A stretch of DNA of 64,000 nucleotides from an uncultured Kiritimatiellota bacterium (lineage in GTDB: Bacteria > Verrucomicrobiota > Kiritimatiellia > RFP12 > UBA1067): assembly GCA_934621385.1 (NCBI GenBank), contig CAKTUI010000006.1, forward strand, positions 3,221 through 67,220, read 5' to 3'. The notes below the pieces were generated by a model. That model did not search any database. It was not told the DNA's origin and was given only the letters and a program-made list of their open reading frames with translations. The translations under genes and the position numbers were made by a program. Below are positions 47,973 to 58,114 of this stretch, piece after piece. Numbering within the stretch: position 1 is the stretch's first letter; each line of letters opens with the position of its first letter.

Positions 47973-48538
47973 TCAAAATCCTTGAAATATCCACGCACCG
48001 CACCATATTTGGCATGGACAACACCTGGATTGCCAACCACAACAGAATGGTCTGGCACATCAAAGTTGACGAAAGCACCCGGAGCGATGAAAACATCATT
48101 CCCGATTGTGACACCACCGCAAATGGTGGCATTTAAGCCCACGACAACAAAACGCCTCAATTTCGGGACACCCTTTCTTTTGCCAGTTCGAATATCACCC
48201 AGTGTAGAGCCTTTAAAGAGCAGACAATTTCCTTCAATCACGACCTTGCTATTGACAGTGATTCCATAAGCATGACCAAGGACTACCCCCCCCCCTATTC
48301 TACTAGAATACTTCATCTCTATTCCACGCCGACGCGCCATCAGCAAAAACAGAAATCGTGCAATGCCAGCCCATCTCGCTTCACCAAGACGGCCAAAATA
48401 GATCATCAACCAAGATGCCTGCGTTAGAATTCGCCAAACACCCCCCAGCCTCAACGGCTCACGAAAAGCGACCTCATAGTCTTGTCGAAATTTCGGCGGA
48501 ATCAAACTAATCATTGCCACACAGCCTCCGACGCCCAT
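47969..48538 (-). CDS. Hexapeptide-repeat acetyltransferase (CysE/WcaB-like)
   Basis: Left-handed beta-helix hexapeptide repeats (IGGGVVLGHAYGITV, VVVGLNATICGGVTIGNDVFIAPGA). Contains a 10-nt homopolymer. Confidence 0.7.
   Translation of the reverse strand: MGVGGCVAMISLIPPKFRQDYEVAFREPLRLGGVWRILTQASWLMIYFGRLGEARWAGIARFLFLLMARRRGIEMKYSSRIGGGVVLGHAYGITVNSKVVIEGNCLLFKGSTLGDIRTGKRKGVPKLRRFVVVGLNATICGGVTIGNDVFIAPGAFVNFDVPDHSVVVGNPGVVHAKYGAVRGYFKDFE
48286..48295. repeat. 10-nt homopolymer (C on the plus strand) inside the acetyltransferase CDS; encodes GGG
   Basis: Read directly. Confidence 0.8.
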
Positions 48539-49644
48539 CTCTGTACCGATTCACGAAGTCCATTGGAAATGAAAGAACCGGATAATTTCCGCAACGACAA
48601 GACATAGTCCAATTTTACGAGGAAATCCTGCGCATCCCCGACCTCGAAAATAGCCCCATTACAATTGGTTATCAGGTCTTTTGCACCCACCCTATCCGAA
48701 ACAAGGCACGGAATCCCCAACTGGAGAGCCTCCCCGACAACGGCCCCATACGGTTCGTACCGACTCGGCAGAACAAGGCAATCTGCCATGGACATCATTT
48801 CATAAACGCCACGGCCCTCCCTTCTTCCCACGAAAAAGACATTCGACATCCGCAAATGAGACGCATCCTTCTTAAGTTTCTCCTCCAAGGGTCCATTTCC
48901 TACAATAACAAGGGCGATTTTCGTTGAACACCCCGATCTTCCAAGTTGAGTCAACAGCCAATCAACGCCCTTCTCCACTACAAGTCGCCCGACGAACAAG
49001 ACAACTTTTGCAAACTGCGGGACACACCTCTGCCGCCACCGCATCCCAACCGAGATAGCCATTCCAGCCTCCTTGCGAATCTCAGACTCTTCGTGCAAGA
49101 TTGGAACGACATAGTACCGAATCCTCGCACCTTTCGGCGTGATGGATTGATAAGCACACTTTGTCGCCTCGTTCGTCAGGATTATCCCATCCAGCAACCG
49201 AACGAACAACCACCGCAGAAACGCTTTAAGACCGCTTCGCGCCCTGAACATCTCCAAATTGTCATCCGACAATGTGTAGAGTTTGAATTTCCGGTTGAAG
49301 ATAAACCGATACAAGGCCAAAGAAATGGTCGCCAAACTATATTCGCACCCAAGGACAATGTCGGGGTTCGTTTCTCGAACTTTTCGAATTGCGCCAATCC
49401 GATACCGTCTGCCACGCCATGTCACGCCACTCAGCAAGTACGAAACCTTGCATCTCAATCTTGAAACAAGCCGAGACTGATTGAATTTCTGGTTCAGCAG
49501 ATTCGTATCAAACAGAACCAATTCCGTATCAAAAAAGCCAACAAGCGCATTGAAAAAATCAATGCGATACGGTGCTAATGCCTGATGAAAGACAAGCTGT
49601 TTTTTCATGTCGTCATCATTTCCCTCTACACGACTCAGGGCCAA
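48511..49644 (-). CDS. Glycosyltransferase family 4
   Basis: VLPSRYEPYGAVVGEALQLGIPCLVSD. Confidence 0.8.
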   Translation of the reverse strand: MALSRVEGNDDDMKKQLVFHQALAPYRIDFFNALVGFFDTELVLFDTNLLNQKFNQSRLVSRLRCKVSYLLSGVTWRGRRYRIGAIRKVRETNPDIVLGCEYSLATISLALYRFIFNRKFKLYTLSDDNLEMFRARSGLKAFLRWLFVRLLDGIILTNEATKCAYQSITPKGARIRYYVVPILHEESEIRKEAGMAISVGMRWRQRCVPQFAKVVLFVGRLVVEKGVDWLLTQLGRSGCSTKIALVIVGNGPLEEKLKKDASHLRMSNVFFVGRREGRGVYEMMSMADCLVLPSRYEPYGAVVGEALQLGIPCLVSDRVGAKDLITNCNGAIFEVGDAQDFLVKLDYVLSLRKLSGSFISNGLRESVQRWASEAVWQ

Positions 49645-50494
49645 GCCACCAAGCGTAATGACAACCTAAACCATGCGTTGGATGCCGATCCTTCTCTGGT
49701 GGCAACTCCCGATAATTCCATTTGCAGTACTCATTTCCAAGGAATGCATCGACATCGCTCGGAACCACGATCAGCCGCCCGTCAAATTCAACTTCACGCC
49801 CATCCCCCCACGTCTCGCGCTTGAGAGGCCGGCGGCGAAAGACATTGAGAGAGGAACATGCCCTCCCCGTAAATTCGGACTCGTCAAATCCATATCGCCT
49901 GAGCAATCTCTCACAATATGCCAAGCATCTTCGTTGATTCAACCACGGGAAAACAACCGAAAGAAGGAATCCCAAAATCCACGCACAGCGCCCCCTTCTT
50001 GTCTGACTCAAGAATCGTGTGCATCGAAACCGAACCACGCACGCCATGAAAGAAGACACACAAGTTATCTTCCATTTATTCCAAAAGCCCGTCGGATACC
50101 CGTCAATTGGAAACACATCAACAAAGAGTCCGTTGCTGAGCGTAAATTCCAAAGATTTTTCAATCGAACGAACTTTCTCTTCCTGAAGTTCCTGAACCTT
50201 ACCAAAAAGATAAATAGCATGCGACTCGTCCCGATAATCCCAAAACCTCAGATGCTGCGGCAATTCCGCATTCGCAATCTTCCGGAATTTCTCATAATCT
50301 GGACGCGGCATGGAAATATCTATATCATCGTCCCAAGGGATGAAACCTTTATGTCTGACAGCCCCTAACGCCGTCCCGTCAGTCGCATAATAACGCAACC
50401 CATGCCGATTGCAGATTTTCACAATCTCGGAGAATATTTCCAAGCCTGCGTCCCAAAGGGGACGCAATCCAAACGGATCGTCTGATGATCTCAT
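49616..50494 (-). CDS. LicD-family phosphotransferase (fukutin/LicD nucleotidyltransferase fold)
   Basis: YYATDGTALGAVRHKGFIPWDDDIDI matches the LicD DxD motif. Confidence 0.75.
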   Translation of the reverse strand: MRSSDDPFGLRPLWDAGLEIFSEIVKICNRHGLRYYATDGTALGAVRHKGFIPWDDDIDISMPRPDYEKFRKIANAELPQHLRFWDYRDESHAIYLFGKVQELQEEKVRSIEKSLEFTLSNGLFVDVFPIDGYPTGFWNKWKITCVSSFMACVVRFRCTRFLSQTRRGRCAWILGFLLSVVFPWLNQRRCLAYCERLLRRYGFDESEFTGRACSSLNVFRRRPLKRETWGDGREVEFDGRLIVVPSDVDAFLGNEYCKWNYRELPPEKDRHPTHGLGCHYAWWLGPESCRGK

Positions 50495-50925
50495 TTAGCC
50501 GCAACCCTCTCTTTCAACTGTGAAGTCGAAATCCCCTTTGTGTAGGGGAAATATTCAATTGACACCCCCAACAGGGCGAAATCCTTCTCGGTCTTCACAT
50601 AACGAGCGGAACCCCTCCAGTCATCACCTGAGAAAAGGACATCGAATCCAAAACGCTTTTGCGCCAACAACTTGTCGTCCGTCTCCTGAATCGAGACAAG
50701 TTGCGCATCATCAACAACTTTCAACGCTTTCAACATACGCACACGGTCTTCAGCTGGAACCACCGGAATTTTATGCTTGACATCGTGCACATAGGTATCA
50801 TCACACACACCGACAATCAGGTGCTCACACATTGACTTGCATCGCTCAAGGAGATTCAAGTGTCCAACATGGAGCAAATCAAAAACACCACATGTATACC
50901 CAACTTTATACTTCTTCGACATCAT
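50491..50925 (-). CDS. Cytidylyltransferase (TagD / glycerol-3-phosphate cytidylyltransferase-like)
   Basis: GVFDLLHVGH HxGH motif, about 144 aa. Confidence 0.8.
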   Translation of the reverse strand: MMSKKYKVGYTCGVFDLLHVGHLNLLERCKSMCEHLIVGVCDDTYVHDVKHKIPVVPAEDRVRMLKALKVVDDAQLVSIQETDDKLLAQKRFGFDVLFSGDDWRGSARYVKTEKDFALLGVSIEYFPYTKGISTSQLKERVAAK

Positions 50926-50969
50926 GGAACCACCATCCTATCTTTTCTTAACGCGAAACACCATTTCCC

Positions 50970-51818
50970 TCACTTCACAATCCTTGGACGAACCCTTCTC
51001 TTCCAGAAAGCCCAATATCGAGGGAAGATTACATGAATATGCTGCTGAAACAAAATGCGCATGGCATACACTATGCCAAAATGGCGCAAATTGTACCTGA
51101 AAAAGACAAAAGGCTCGGGGCCGCCAATCGGCGAATAGAGGTTCTTGAGCCGACGAACGAATGGCACTGTAGCATCCATCCAGGGGGCGATTTTTTTCCG
51201 ATCATCGCATATCCCAGCATAAGAAGGCATCTGATACATTCTAATACCTTTCGAATAGGCGCGATAACCATAATCAAAATCACCTAAGGCATGTGTAAAA
51301 TAGGCTGGAAAGTTTCCCAAAACACGAAAGACGGATTGCGGAACCCAGACAAAATTGCCATTAATTGTATGTACGGATTCCCACTTTCCTGACGGATCGA
51401 CCAAGTGCCGCGCAGCATTGCGGCCCGCATAAGTCGTTCGATTCTCATACGGGGACATCGTCGCTCCAACCAACAATGCGTCACGAAGGTAGGGGCTTGA
51501 AAACAGTATCTTAAACGCATCCTCTCTTAAATATGTATCATCATTCAGCCAAAGATAACCATCGTAGGCAATACCGCTTGCAATCGCCACACTCCATGCT
51601 CGTCGCATTCCACCACACCAGTAGTCATGCCCCGACCCCCGGATCACATGCACACTGGGATAAGCCGTCTTCACCCGATCGCCAGTCCCGTCCGTGGAAG
51701 CGTCATCATTCAGGTAAACCGACACGTCAAACCCTTCGGCCGCACGAAAGAGATGCGCGAGACACGACAAGGTCGTCTCCACACGATTAAAGCATGTCAT
51801 CAAGACTGCAACTTTCAC
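50970..51818 (-). CDS. Glycosyltransferase family 2
   Basis: VLMTCFNR...LNDDAS...DD GT-A motifs. Confidence 0.8.
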   Translation of the reverse strand: MKVAVLMTCFNRVETTLSCLAHLFRAAEGFDVSVYLNDDASTDGTGDRVKTAYPSVHVIRGSGHDYWCGGMRRAWSVAIASGIAYDGYLWLNDDTYLREDAFKILFSSPYLRDALLVGATMSPYENRTTYAGRNAARHLVDPSGKWESVHTINGNFVWVPQSVFRVLGNFPAYFTHALGDFDYGYRAYSKGIRMYQMPSYAGICDDRKKIAPWMDATVPFVRRLKNLYSPIGGPEPFVFFRYNLRHFGIVYAMRILFQQHIHVIFPRYWAFWKRRVRPRIVK

Positions 51819-53296
51819 GCCACGCTCCCTTCACATTGCAATGATTCAACTCCAGCACGCCAACAGCCTCCCAATAGCGCATAAAAAACTGGCCCGAACG
51901 CCAGAGTCACTGGATAATGTCCCGTATGCCCACCTATTATCCCGTGCGTGATACAAACAGAGAGGACGACAACAACCGCCGCGTTATTGCACCCCGTCAG
52001 AATGGTTCTATTTTCTCGTCGACAAAAATACCACAGAAATAAAAGATAAAGGCCCAACCCACCATAAAAACCAAAATGCCTGAGCAAATGCAGCATCGTA
52101 TTGTGCGCGTCCATCAACATCACCTTATCAACATATCCCTTCCCCTCTTCATAAACCACCGCCTCCGCAAAAGGTTTGACATCTATCCAAATGGGATTGC
52201 GATGCATTTGATCCTTGATGGCCTCAATGTTGAAAGCCCATACGCTAGCCCGATCATCAACAGCCTTTCGCTGCAATTTAATCATAAGTGAATTAAAATC
52301 CGTCACTTTCAGTTCTGAATAGGATCCCATACCAGCATTAATGTTTCTATACCTCTCAACAAGCATAGGCGACAGAAGAACAATACCGCACGAAACAACA
52401 AAAAACACAAGCGGATTCAGCCTTCGACAGAAACTCGGCATCCGTATAGTTATAAACACAAAGAAAAATGATAAAAACATCAGTCCAATACATGTGAATG
52501 TCAAATCATAGCGTAGAATCTTGAGAAAATCCAATGCCAAAATAAGACAAGACAATCCCGCCAAAAGACCAATTTTCCGCAGTTCCCTGGATTTCCGAAA
52601 AATAAAATAGGAAAATGTTGCCGCGCAAATCGGAATTGCCAGAAATACCTGCCTCGTAAAGAGACCTTTTCCAGCATCCTCCGCCATTGTCGCATCCCGT
52701 TCAACACCAACAAATGAGACAAGAAACACCAAGAATAACGACCAATAAAATAAACCTTTTAAAAATGTCGTGCCCATTCGCCGAATGCACAAAACCGCCC
52801 AAAAAGCACAGGCAAACATAAAGTATGTTCCAAAACCAGATGCTAAATCGCCAACACCAACCAAATACGACACCATCTGCGTCTTTTGATAAAAATACCA
52901 AATGAAAAACGGCGATAAACAGAGGTAAAGCCACCAAACGCCAAATAGCCCGTACCGCCTCAATTGATTCATATGGAACAGAACATAAAAGAAACAGGCG
53001 GTGCAGAAAAACAGTCGCAAAGGAGAGGAGTACGCCAGAATGATAATAATCGGAAGCAAATACTGAGACTTTGGCCTCAAGGTCAAGAAGAGTAGGTAAG
53101 GCAACGCAAGCAACCCTGCATATCCGTTGATGAAATTCAACGGCACACTCGCCAGCGCAAGAAGCGTATGGAAAACAAAGGAAGAACGCTCCCGCGCTGT
53201 ATAATCTTCACAAATTTTAAGTTCATCAAATCGCATACGCCACAATTTCACATTTACATCGCAATGGAAAACTATTCCTTGGCTTCCCCTTGGCAA
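51815..53296 (-). CDS. Wzy-like polysaccharide polymerase / O-antigen ligase family membrane protein
   Basis: 493 aa, about 12 TM helices with a large periplasmic loop. Sits in the polysaccharide locus. Assignment made from topology and context only. Confidence 0.5.
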   Translation of the reverse strand: MPRGSQGIVFHCDVNVKLWRMRFDELKICEDYTARERSSFVFHTLLALASVPLNFINGYAGLLALPYLLFLTLRPKSQYLLPIIIILAYSSPLRLFFCTACFFYVLFHMNQLRRYGLFGVWWLYLCLSPFFIWYFYQKTQMVSYLVGVGDLASGFGTYFMFACAFWAVLCIRRMGTTFLKGLFYWSLFLVFLVSFVGVERDATMAEDAGKGLFTRQVFLAIPICAATFSYFIFRKSRELRKIGLLAGLSCLILALDFLKILRYDLTFTCIGLMFLSFFFVFITIRMPSFCRRLNPLVFFVVSCGIVLLSPMLVERYRNINAGMGSYSELKVTDFNSLMIKLQRKAVDDRASVWAFNIEAIKDQMHRNPIWIDVKPFAEAVVYEEGKGYVDKVMLMDAHNTMLHLLRHFGFYGGLGLYLLFLWYFCRRENRTILTGCNNAAVVVVLSVCITHGIIGGHTGHYPVTLAFGPVFYALLGGCWRAGVESLQCEGSVA

Positions 53297-53595
53297 TGTT
53301 CACGAAACTCTTTCACATAGTCATTCAACGCCCTCAATTCACTTCTGACGGACACAACTAAAGCCGACGCGGCACCCACCTTTATCTCCGATTCAAGAAT
53401 CGGCCCACCAACGCCAATCCCGCTCAGCGACACCAATCGCCGAACATACCACGACAGCATTTTTGCTATCGACACAAGAATGGTTGATTTGTCCGCACCA
53501 TTGACACAAACGATTACATTAAGGCGATGCGTGAATGACAAATCCAATTCGCCAAAACGCCGAAAGCGCACCGATTTTAATCGTTTTACAAGCAT
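53272..53595 (-). pseudogene. 5' fragment (107 aa) of an AAA/ABC-type ATPase (AAA_15/AAA_21, OLD/RecF-like N-terminus)
   Basis: LKSVRFRRFGELDLSF...VNGADKSTIL has a Walker A-like motif. It stops long before full length. Confidence 0.45.
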
Positions 53596-53634
53596 ATTAA
53601 CCTTTCTCAGCAGAAACCAATCGCAAGCGCATAT

Positions 53635-53643
53635 ATTATATCA
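53635..53643 (-). promoter_or_regulatory. Extended -10 TGATATAAT, about 40 nt upstream of the ATPase fragment
   Basis: Read directly. The same arrangement recurs at 63408. Confidence 0.45.
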
Positions 53644-53719
53644 CATTCCGCCCTTTAACAAACGAACAGCTCCTCCTTCACGCCAAGAGGTTGCCAAGGG
53701 GCATTATGTTCAACGGCTA

Positions 53720-54937
53720 TTATACCCCCCCCCCCATCAAATTGAATAATTTATACCACATTTTCTTCACATTATCAATTGAATACAGCTTCGACTTCCC
53801 ATGCGCCGCCCGTGCCATCTGATGCCGTAATTGACAATTGTCCATCAGTTCTTTCAAGGCAGAGACAAAAGCCCGCTTAGCAAAATGACGAACAACTCGT
53901 CCATTGACACCGTCGTCAATCATGTCGCTTGCAGCCGCAAATGAATCATACACCACGGGTACGCACCCCTGACGCATGGACTCACCCACGACCATGGGCC
54001 ATCCCTCAAAGTCTGATGCCATCACAAAAATTGACGCGTCTCGATAATAATCGGATACCTCCCGATGGAAGCCCTCGAACCGAACGCCGCGTATCCGCCG
54101 TTGGGAAACGATACATTCAAGCGAAGGTCGTTCATCGCCATCACCGACAATGACAAACTCCCAGTCCATATACCGTTCGCACAGTTCACGCCAAGCGTCC
54201 AGCAGACGGTCCACGCCCTTTGTTCCAATCAGCGACCCGACAAAAAGGATCTGCTTCTTTTTGTCCGAAAGAGCCAAGTCGCCGGACGCGGCGTCAATCA
54301 TGTTTGGAATGACATGCAGTTTTGACAGCCTTTTTGTCCCTACCAATTCATGAATGCGTCGACGATAGTTTTTTGAGAGAATGACATAGGCGTCCACATG
54401 GTCAAAAATCTCTTTTCGCCGACAAGATTCGTAGCGGAAACGCGACCACAACAAGTACGGCCGCAAGACCAACAAAACAAAACGCTTGGCAATCTCAATG
54501 GGCGAGAGCGGAATCCGTCGACGACCAGGGGAAAGACGCGGCATCGAATGTTCCGCGGCGCAGATTCCACTTGAAACCTTCTGTCCCCGCCCTTTTCTTG
54601 CCCTCCACTCTGCGACGGCACGAAAAAGAATACCCTGAATATTGGCATAGGAATCCTGAAAAAGGATGTAATCGGGGCTAAACTCATCAAGCAGATGCCC
54701 CAACGCCCGACAGTTGGACTCCGAATCGCGATTCTTCTCTGGCAGTTCGCGCCAAACCACATTTGGGTGCAACCGCTCAAGCAAATCCGTGCCATCCTTG
54801 TGAACCAGCGAGACGATTGCCACTTGATGTCCATCTTCGGCAAAGGCGTTGGCAAGCGTCGTCGTCACCGTCTCAATGCCGCCAAATGCGGGATACTGAT
54901 GTTGGTAGAAAAGAATGTTCATCTGCCGTCCTTCCAT
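53720..54937 (-). CDS. Glycosyltransferase family 4
   Basis: FVMASDFEGWPMVVGESMRQGCVPVV. The last codons run through an 11-nt homopolymer. Confidence 0.8.
   Translation of the reverse strand: MEGRQMNILFYQHQYPAFGGIETVTTTLANAFAEDGHQVAIVSLVHKDGTDLLERLHPNVVWRELPEKNRDSESNCRALGHLLDEFSPDYILFQDSYANIQGILFRAVAEWRARKGRGQKVSSGICAAEHSMPRLSPGRRRIPLSPIEIAKRFVLLVLRPYLLWSRFRYESCRRKEIFDHVDAYVILSKNYRRRIHELVGTKRLSKLHVIPNMIDAASGDLALSDKKKQILFVGSLIGTKGVDRLLDAWRELCERYMDWEFVIVGDGDERPSLECIVSQRRIRGVRFEGFHREVSDYYRDASIFVMASDFEGWPMVVGESMRQGCVPVVYDSFAAASDMIDDGVNGRVVRHFAKRAFVSALKELMDNCQLRHQMARAAHGKSKLYSIDNVKKMWYKLFNLMGGGV
53725..53735. repeat. 11-nt homopolymer (C on the plus strand) covering the final Gly-Gly-Gly-Val codons of the GT4 gene
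   Basis: Read directly. Confidence 0.8.
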
Positions 54938-54973
54938 GCCTTAATCTTACATTTCCGTATCCTGTCCATCCTA

Positions 54974-56083
54974 TCAATTATTTGTCTTCAACGCCTGTTG
55001 CAGGAACTCTTCTCCCCTAAGCGACTTGGCCTGAAGTTCCCGATCAATTCGGCTCCAATCCACCGAATCCGCCAATTTCACATCCTGTGCCCTGAAAACA
55101 GCAGAGGATTCAAGCCCCGTTCCATCCAAGAGGGTCCGCATCCGTGCATCAGTTACTTTGCCGTTCAACGCCACCACGAACGGGCGGTGGTAAATAAGCG
55201 AAAAAACAACACCATGAAAGGAGTTGGTTACCACAAGTTCTGCATGGCGCATAAACCACAGCCACTCAGACGGACCCATCGCCGTCACGCGGCGAGCCCG
55301 CCCGGGCCAGTACCATCGCGCTAACTGTCCCCCCAGAAGATGAACGACAGGCAGCTCCCTTTCTGCACCAATCTTCAAGGCCGCATCTTCAGCCCATGGG
55401 TGTCCGCAGACCGTATAGACGGCAATATATTTGACTGGCAGCGCGAAACGAGGATTCCGCTCAAGGCGTATGTAGGCCTCTCGCGGCAAAAGAAGCGTCG
55501 GATCGCAGACGACCGTCGCCTCACATCCGCATAAGCGTTTTACGATTGCCGCGCCCTGCGGCTCCCGCACAGAAATCGCATCAAACTTCGAGAGCCTCTT
55601 CGACATATCCCGCTCTTGTTCGGGCGCGAAATCCTCCATGCCAAAGCTTGGCGCATAGGAAATGCGTTTGACTCCCTGCGAGGCAGTTGCAAGGAAATAA
55701 GTTTCATCGCCCTCGTTGATATTTGGATTCCACACCATATCGCTCCCCGTAATCAAGTGCGTATAATCAAGCATGGGCAAGTCCTCTTTGCGGACAGCGC
55801 TCCCAATCCTCATGCTCTTGCGCAAGAACCGACGATACAACGAACGGCGATAAGATTCTATTCCAAATGTTAGAACAAAAGTACGAAAACTGCGGTAAAG
55901 CGAACCAATGAAATGACGAAAACTATCCAGCCGGATTCTGTATTTGTTTGGCCAGCCAATCTTCCCATAATTGACGAGAGACGCGTCAAATCCCTGTGTG
56001 CGCAAATACTCCTGTAAGGCCCATGCCTGCAGTGCCGCCCCCACATTCAGCGAGTGATGAAATGTAAAAATCCCGATTTTCAT
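54974..56083 (-). CDS. Polysaccharide pyruvyl transferase
   Basis: MKIGIFTFHHSLNVGAALQAWAL N-terminus. C-terminal TNSFHGVVFS. Confidence 0.75.
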   Translation of the reverse strand: MKIGIFTFHHSLNVGAALQAWALQEYLRTQGFDASLVNYGKIGWPNKYRIRLDSFRHFIGSLYRSFRTFVLTFGIESYRRSLYRRFLRKSMRIGSAVRKEDLPMLDYTHLITGSDMVWNPNINEGDETYFLATASQGVKRISYAPSFGMEDFAPEQERDMSKRLSKFDAISVREPQGAAIVKRLCGCEATVVCDPTLLLPREAYIRLERNPRFALPVKYIAVYTVCGHPWAEDAALKIGAERELPVVHLLGGQLARWYWPGRARRVTAMGPSEWLWFMRHAELVVTNSFHGVVFSLIYHRPFVVALNGKVTDARMRTLLDGTGLESSAVFRAQDVKLADSVDWSRIDRELQAKSLRGEEFLQQALKTNN

Positions 56084-56105
56084 TGCAATATCCTTACAGG
56101 AACCC

Positions 56106-57065
56106 CTATCTACCCAATATCCTTTTGAAAAGATTTTTCAGTCGACCGACAAGCCATTCAGTCCTTAAATGCATCAGTCCATATTTCTTCACCAGCGCCC
56201 CAAATTCCAATTGGGCGACATCTGCATTGAACTCGCCCCACCTCTTGGGCAACGATGGGGATTCAAAATAGGGGCGATTGTGTGCGTGTATGATAGACTC
56301 GTCGATCGCAGAGTTCTTGCATCCGCATGTCTCAAACGCAGCAAGACCTCGGCTGTTGTGGCAGACAACAAGAGACAGTCCATTCCTTTTTATCACATCA
56401 GGAAGTTCTTGAGTTTCACACCCCCACCCATCGCCCAGCGTCAAGTCAGACGGGTGATTTTTGCCGCGAAAAGGACAGCTGAAGCAACACTTCCGAAAGC
56501 CTAATGTCGAATAGAACACCTGGGCATAAGGATCAAAGAGACTCAATTGACGCGAAACACGGCCATCCGCCCACTGGTAACTGTAGTAGGTCTTTCTTCC
56601 CCAGCCATGCTGCTTGTCGCGAGGATTGACAGAGACAAGGCGTTTCCCCTTTCGTGCTTCCAGCCAGCGCACATATTTGAGCCAGAGGCTTTGGGGTGGC
56701 GCCCCAAAGCAGACGAGATCTACCAAAAGAAGATTGGCATCACTGGCGAATCGCTTACGCATTGCCGCGCATTGGCAGGGCGTGCCCGTGAAAAGGACTC
56801 GCCGACCATTCGACAATGCAGATGCAATCCTGTCGTAGACACTTTTTGAAATTACCCCGAAAGCATACTTGACACCACGCATCGGCGCAATGTCTTCCAA
56901 GGCCTCTGCCACTGCGTGATGAATTGCCAAATCTTCCGCATAAACGGCCCCGACAACCAAACCGGCTGATTCGATGACGCGTTCAGCCAACGCAGAGAAA
57001 ACTCCGCCAGACGTGCTTTTAAGCACAACCTCCCGATTTGGATTCCACGCAACGAACGCCTTCAT
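56106..57065 (-). CDS. Coenzyme F420 hydrogenase/dehydrogenase beta-subunit C-terminal-domain-like protein (common partner of pyruvyl transferases)
   Basis: Domain-level similarity plus context. Confidence 0.6.
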   Translation of the reverse strand: MKAFVAWNPNREVVLKSTSGGVFSALAERVIESAGLVVGAVYAEDLAIHHAVAEALEDIAPMRGVKYAFGVISKSVYDRIASALSNGRRVLFTGTPCQCAAMRKRFASDANLLLVDLVCFGAPPQSLWLKYVRWLEARKGKRLVSVNPRDKQHGWGRKTYYSYQWADGRVSRQLSLFDPYAQVFYSTLGFRKCCFSCPFRGKNHPSDLTLGDGWGCETQELPDVIKRNGLSLVVCHNSRGLAAFETCGCKNSAIDESIIHAHNRPYFESPSLPKRWGEFNADVAQLEFGALVKKYGLMHLRTEWLVGRLKNLFKRILGR

Positions 57066-58114
57066 CGCCTAACCATCCTTTTAAGACGAACCCGAAGATT
57101 CTGAAGGGAATCCAAGACCTTCAAAGCCCAATAGCAATTGTGATGATAATAAGCCCCATAGAACAAGCCAAAAAGTGGACCGCATAGACCACCCGCAGGA
57201 ACGAGGGAAATGCCCATAACATCCTCTGCCTCACGAATGGCGGCCGCGATCATCTTGCGATTGCCCTTCGCGGACTCCGGCTGATGCACCCATTCCATCA
57301 GGTGGGACGAGACATGACTCCTAATGCGCATAACCGCGATTTCAGCCGCTCGCTTGTTTGGAAACCTATCCTTTGCATACTCAAACCACTGTACACACTC
57401 CTGGAGAAAGCGCACATTCTCTTCTTCCGTTACTCTCTTTCTAAAAGAAGAAGTCTCGCTCATTCGATAGTAGTAGCCATCGTATTCACACTGAATCCCC
57501 ACCCGGACATTGAGAAGCGCGTAAAGGTTGAATATGCCGTCCTCATAGATACGCATCCCTTCAGGGAATCGAACATTTTCTGAAAGAACAGCCTTCCGAT
57601 AAAAGTTCAGAACCGTCAACCCCCGATTTAAGACACTCCAGAAATAGATATCAGCCCCCTGATAGGTCTGATAGTGCGCCGGCTTCACGTATTCGTTAAA
57701 CTTTGCATCGCGCCGCAACCTCATCTTCACAATATCAGCATGCGTCGCCTCAAATGCATCTGCCGCCGCCTTTAGCCAATCTCTTCCAAGAACATCATCT
57801 GCATCCACAAAGCCGATGTAATCGCCCTTCACTCGCGACAACCCATTATTCCGCGCAATTGACACGCCAGCATTCGACTGGTGAACCACACGGATGCGAG
57901 CATCGTGCGCGGCATATTCGTCAAGTATTCGTCCACTCCCGTCCGCCGAACCGTCATCCACACAGATGGCCTCCCAATCCGTGAATGTCTGTGCCAAAAG
58001 CGAATCCAAGCACTCGCGCAGGTATTGCGCCACATTGTAAACCGGAATGACAATTGAGAACAGTGGATTCTTCACTCTCTTTCCTCCACCAATCCCAACA
58101 CCGACCCAAGCCAC
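57062..58114 (-). CDS. Glycosyltransferase family 2
   Basis: FSIVIPVYNV...CVDDGSADGS...DADD. Confidence 0.8.
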   Translation of the reverse strand: MAWVGVGIGGGKRVKNPLFSIVIPVYNVAQYLRECLDSLLAQTFTDWEAICVDDGSADGSGRILDEYAAHDARIRVVHQSNAGVSIARNNGLSRVKGDYIGFVDADDVLGRDWLKAAADAFEATHADIVKMRLRRDAKFNEYVKPAHYQTYQGADIYFWSVLNRGLTVLNFYRKAVLSENVRFPEGMRIYEDGIFNLYALLNVRVGIQCEYDGYYYRMSETSSFRKRVTEEENVRFLQECVQWFEYAKDRFPNKRAAEIAVMRIRSHVSSHLMEWVHQPESAKGNRKMIAAAIREAEDVMGISLVPAGGLCGPLFGLFYGAYYHHNCYWALKVLDSLQNLRVRLKRMVRR

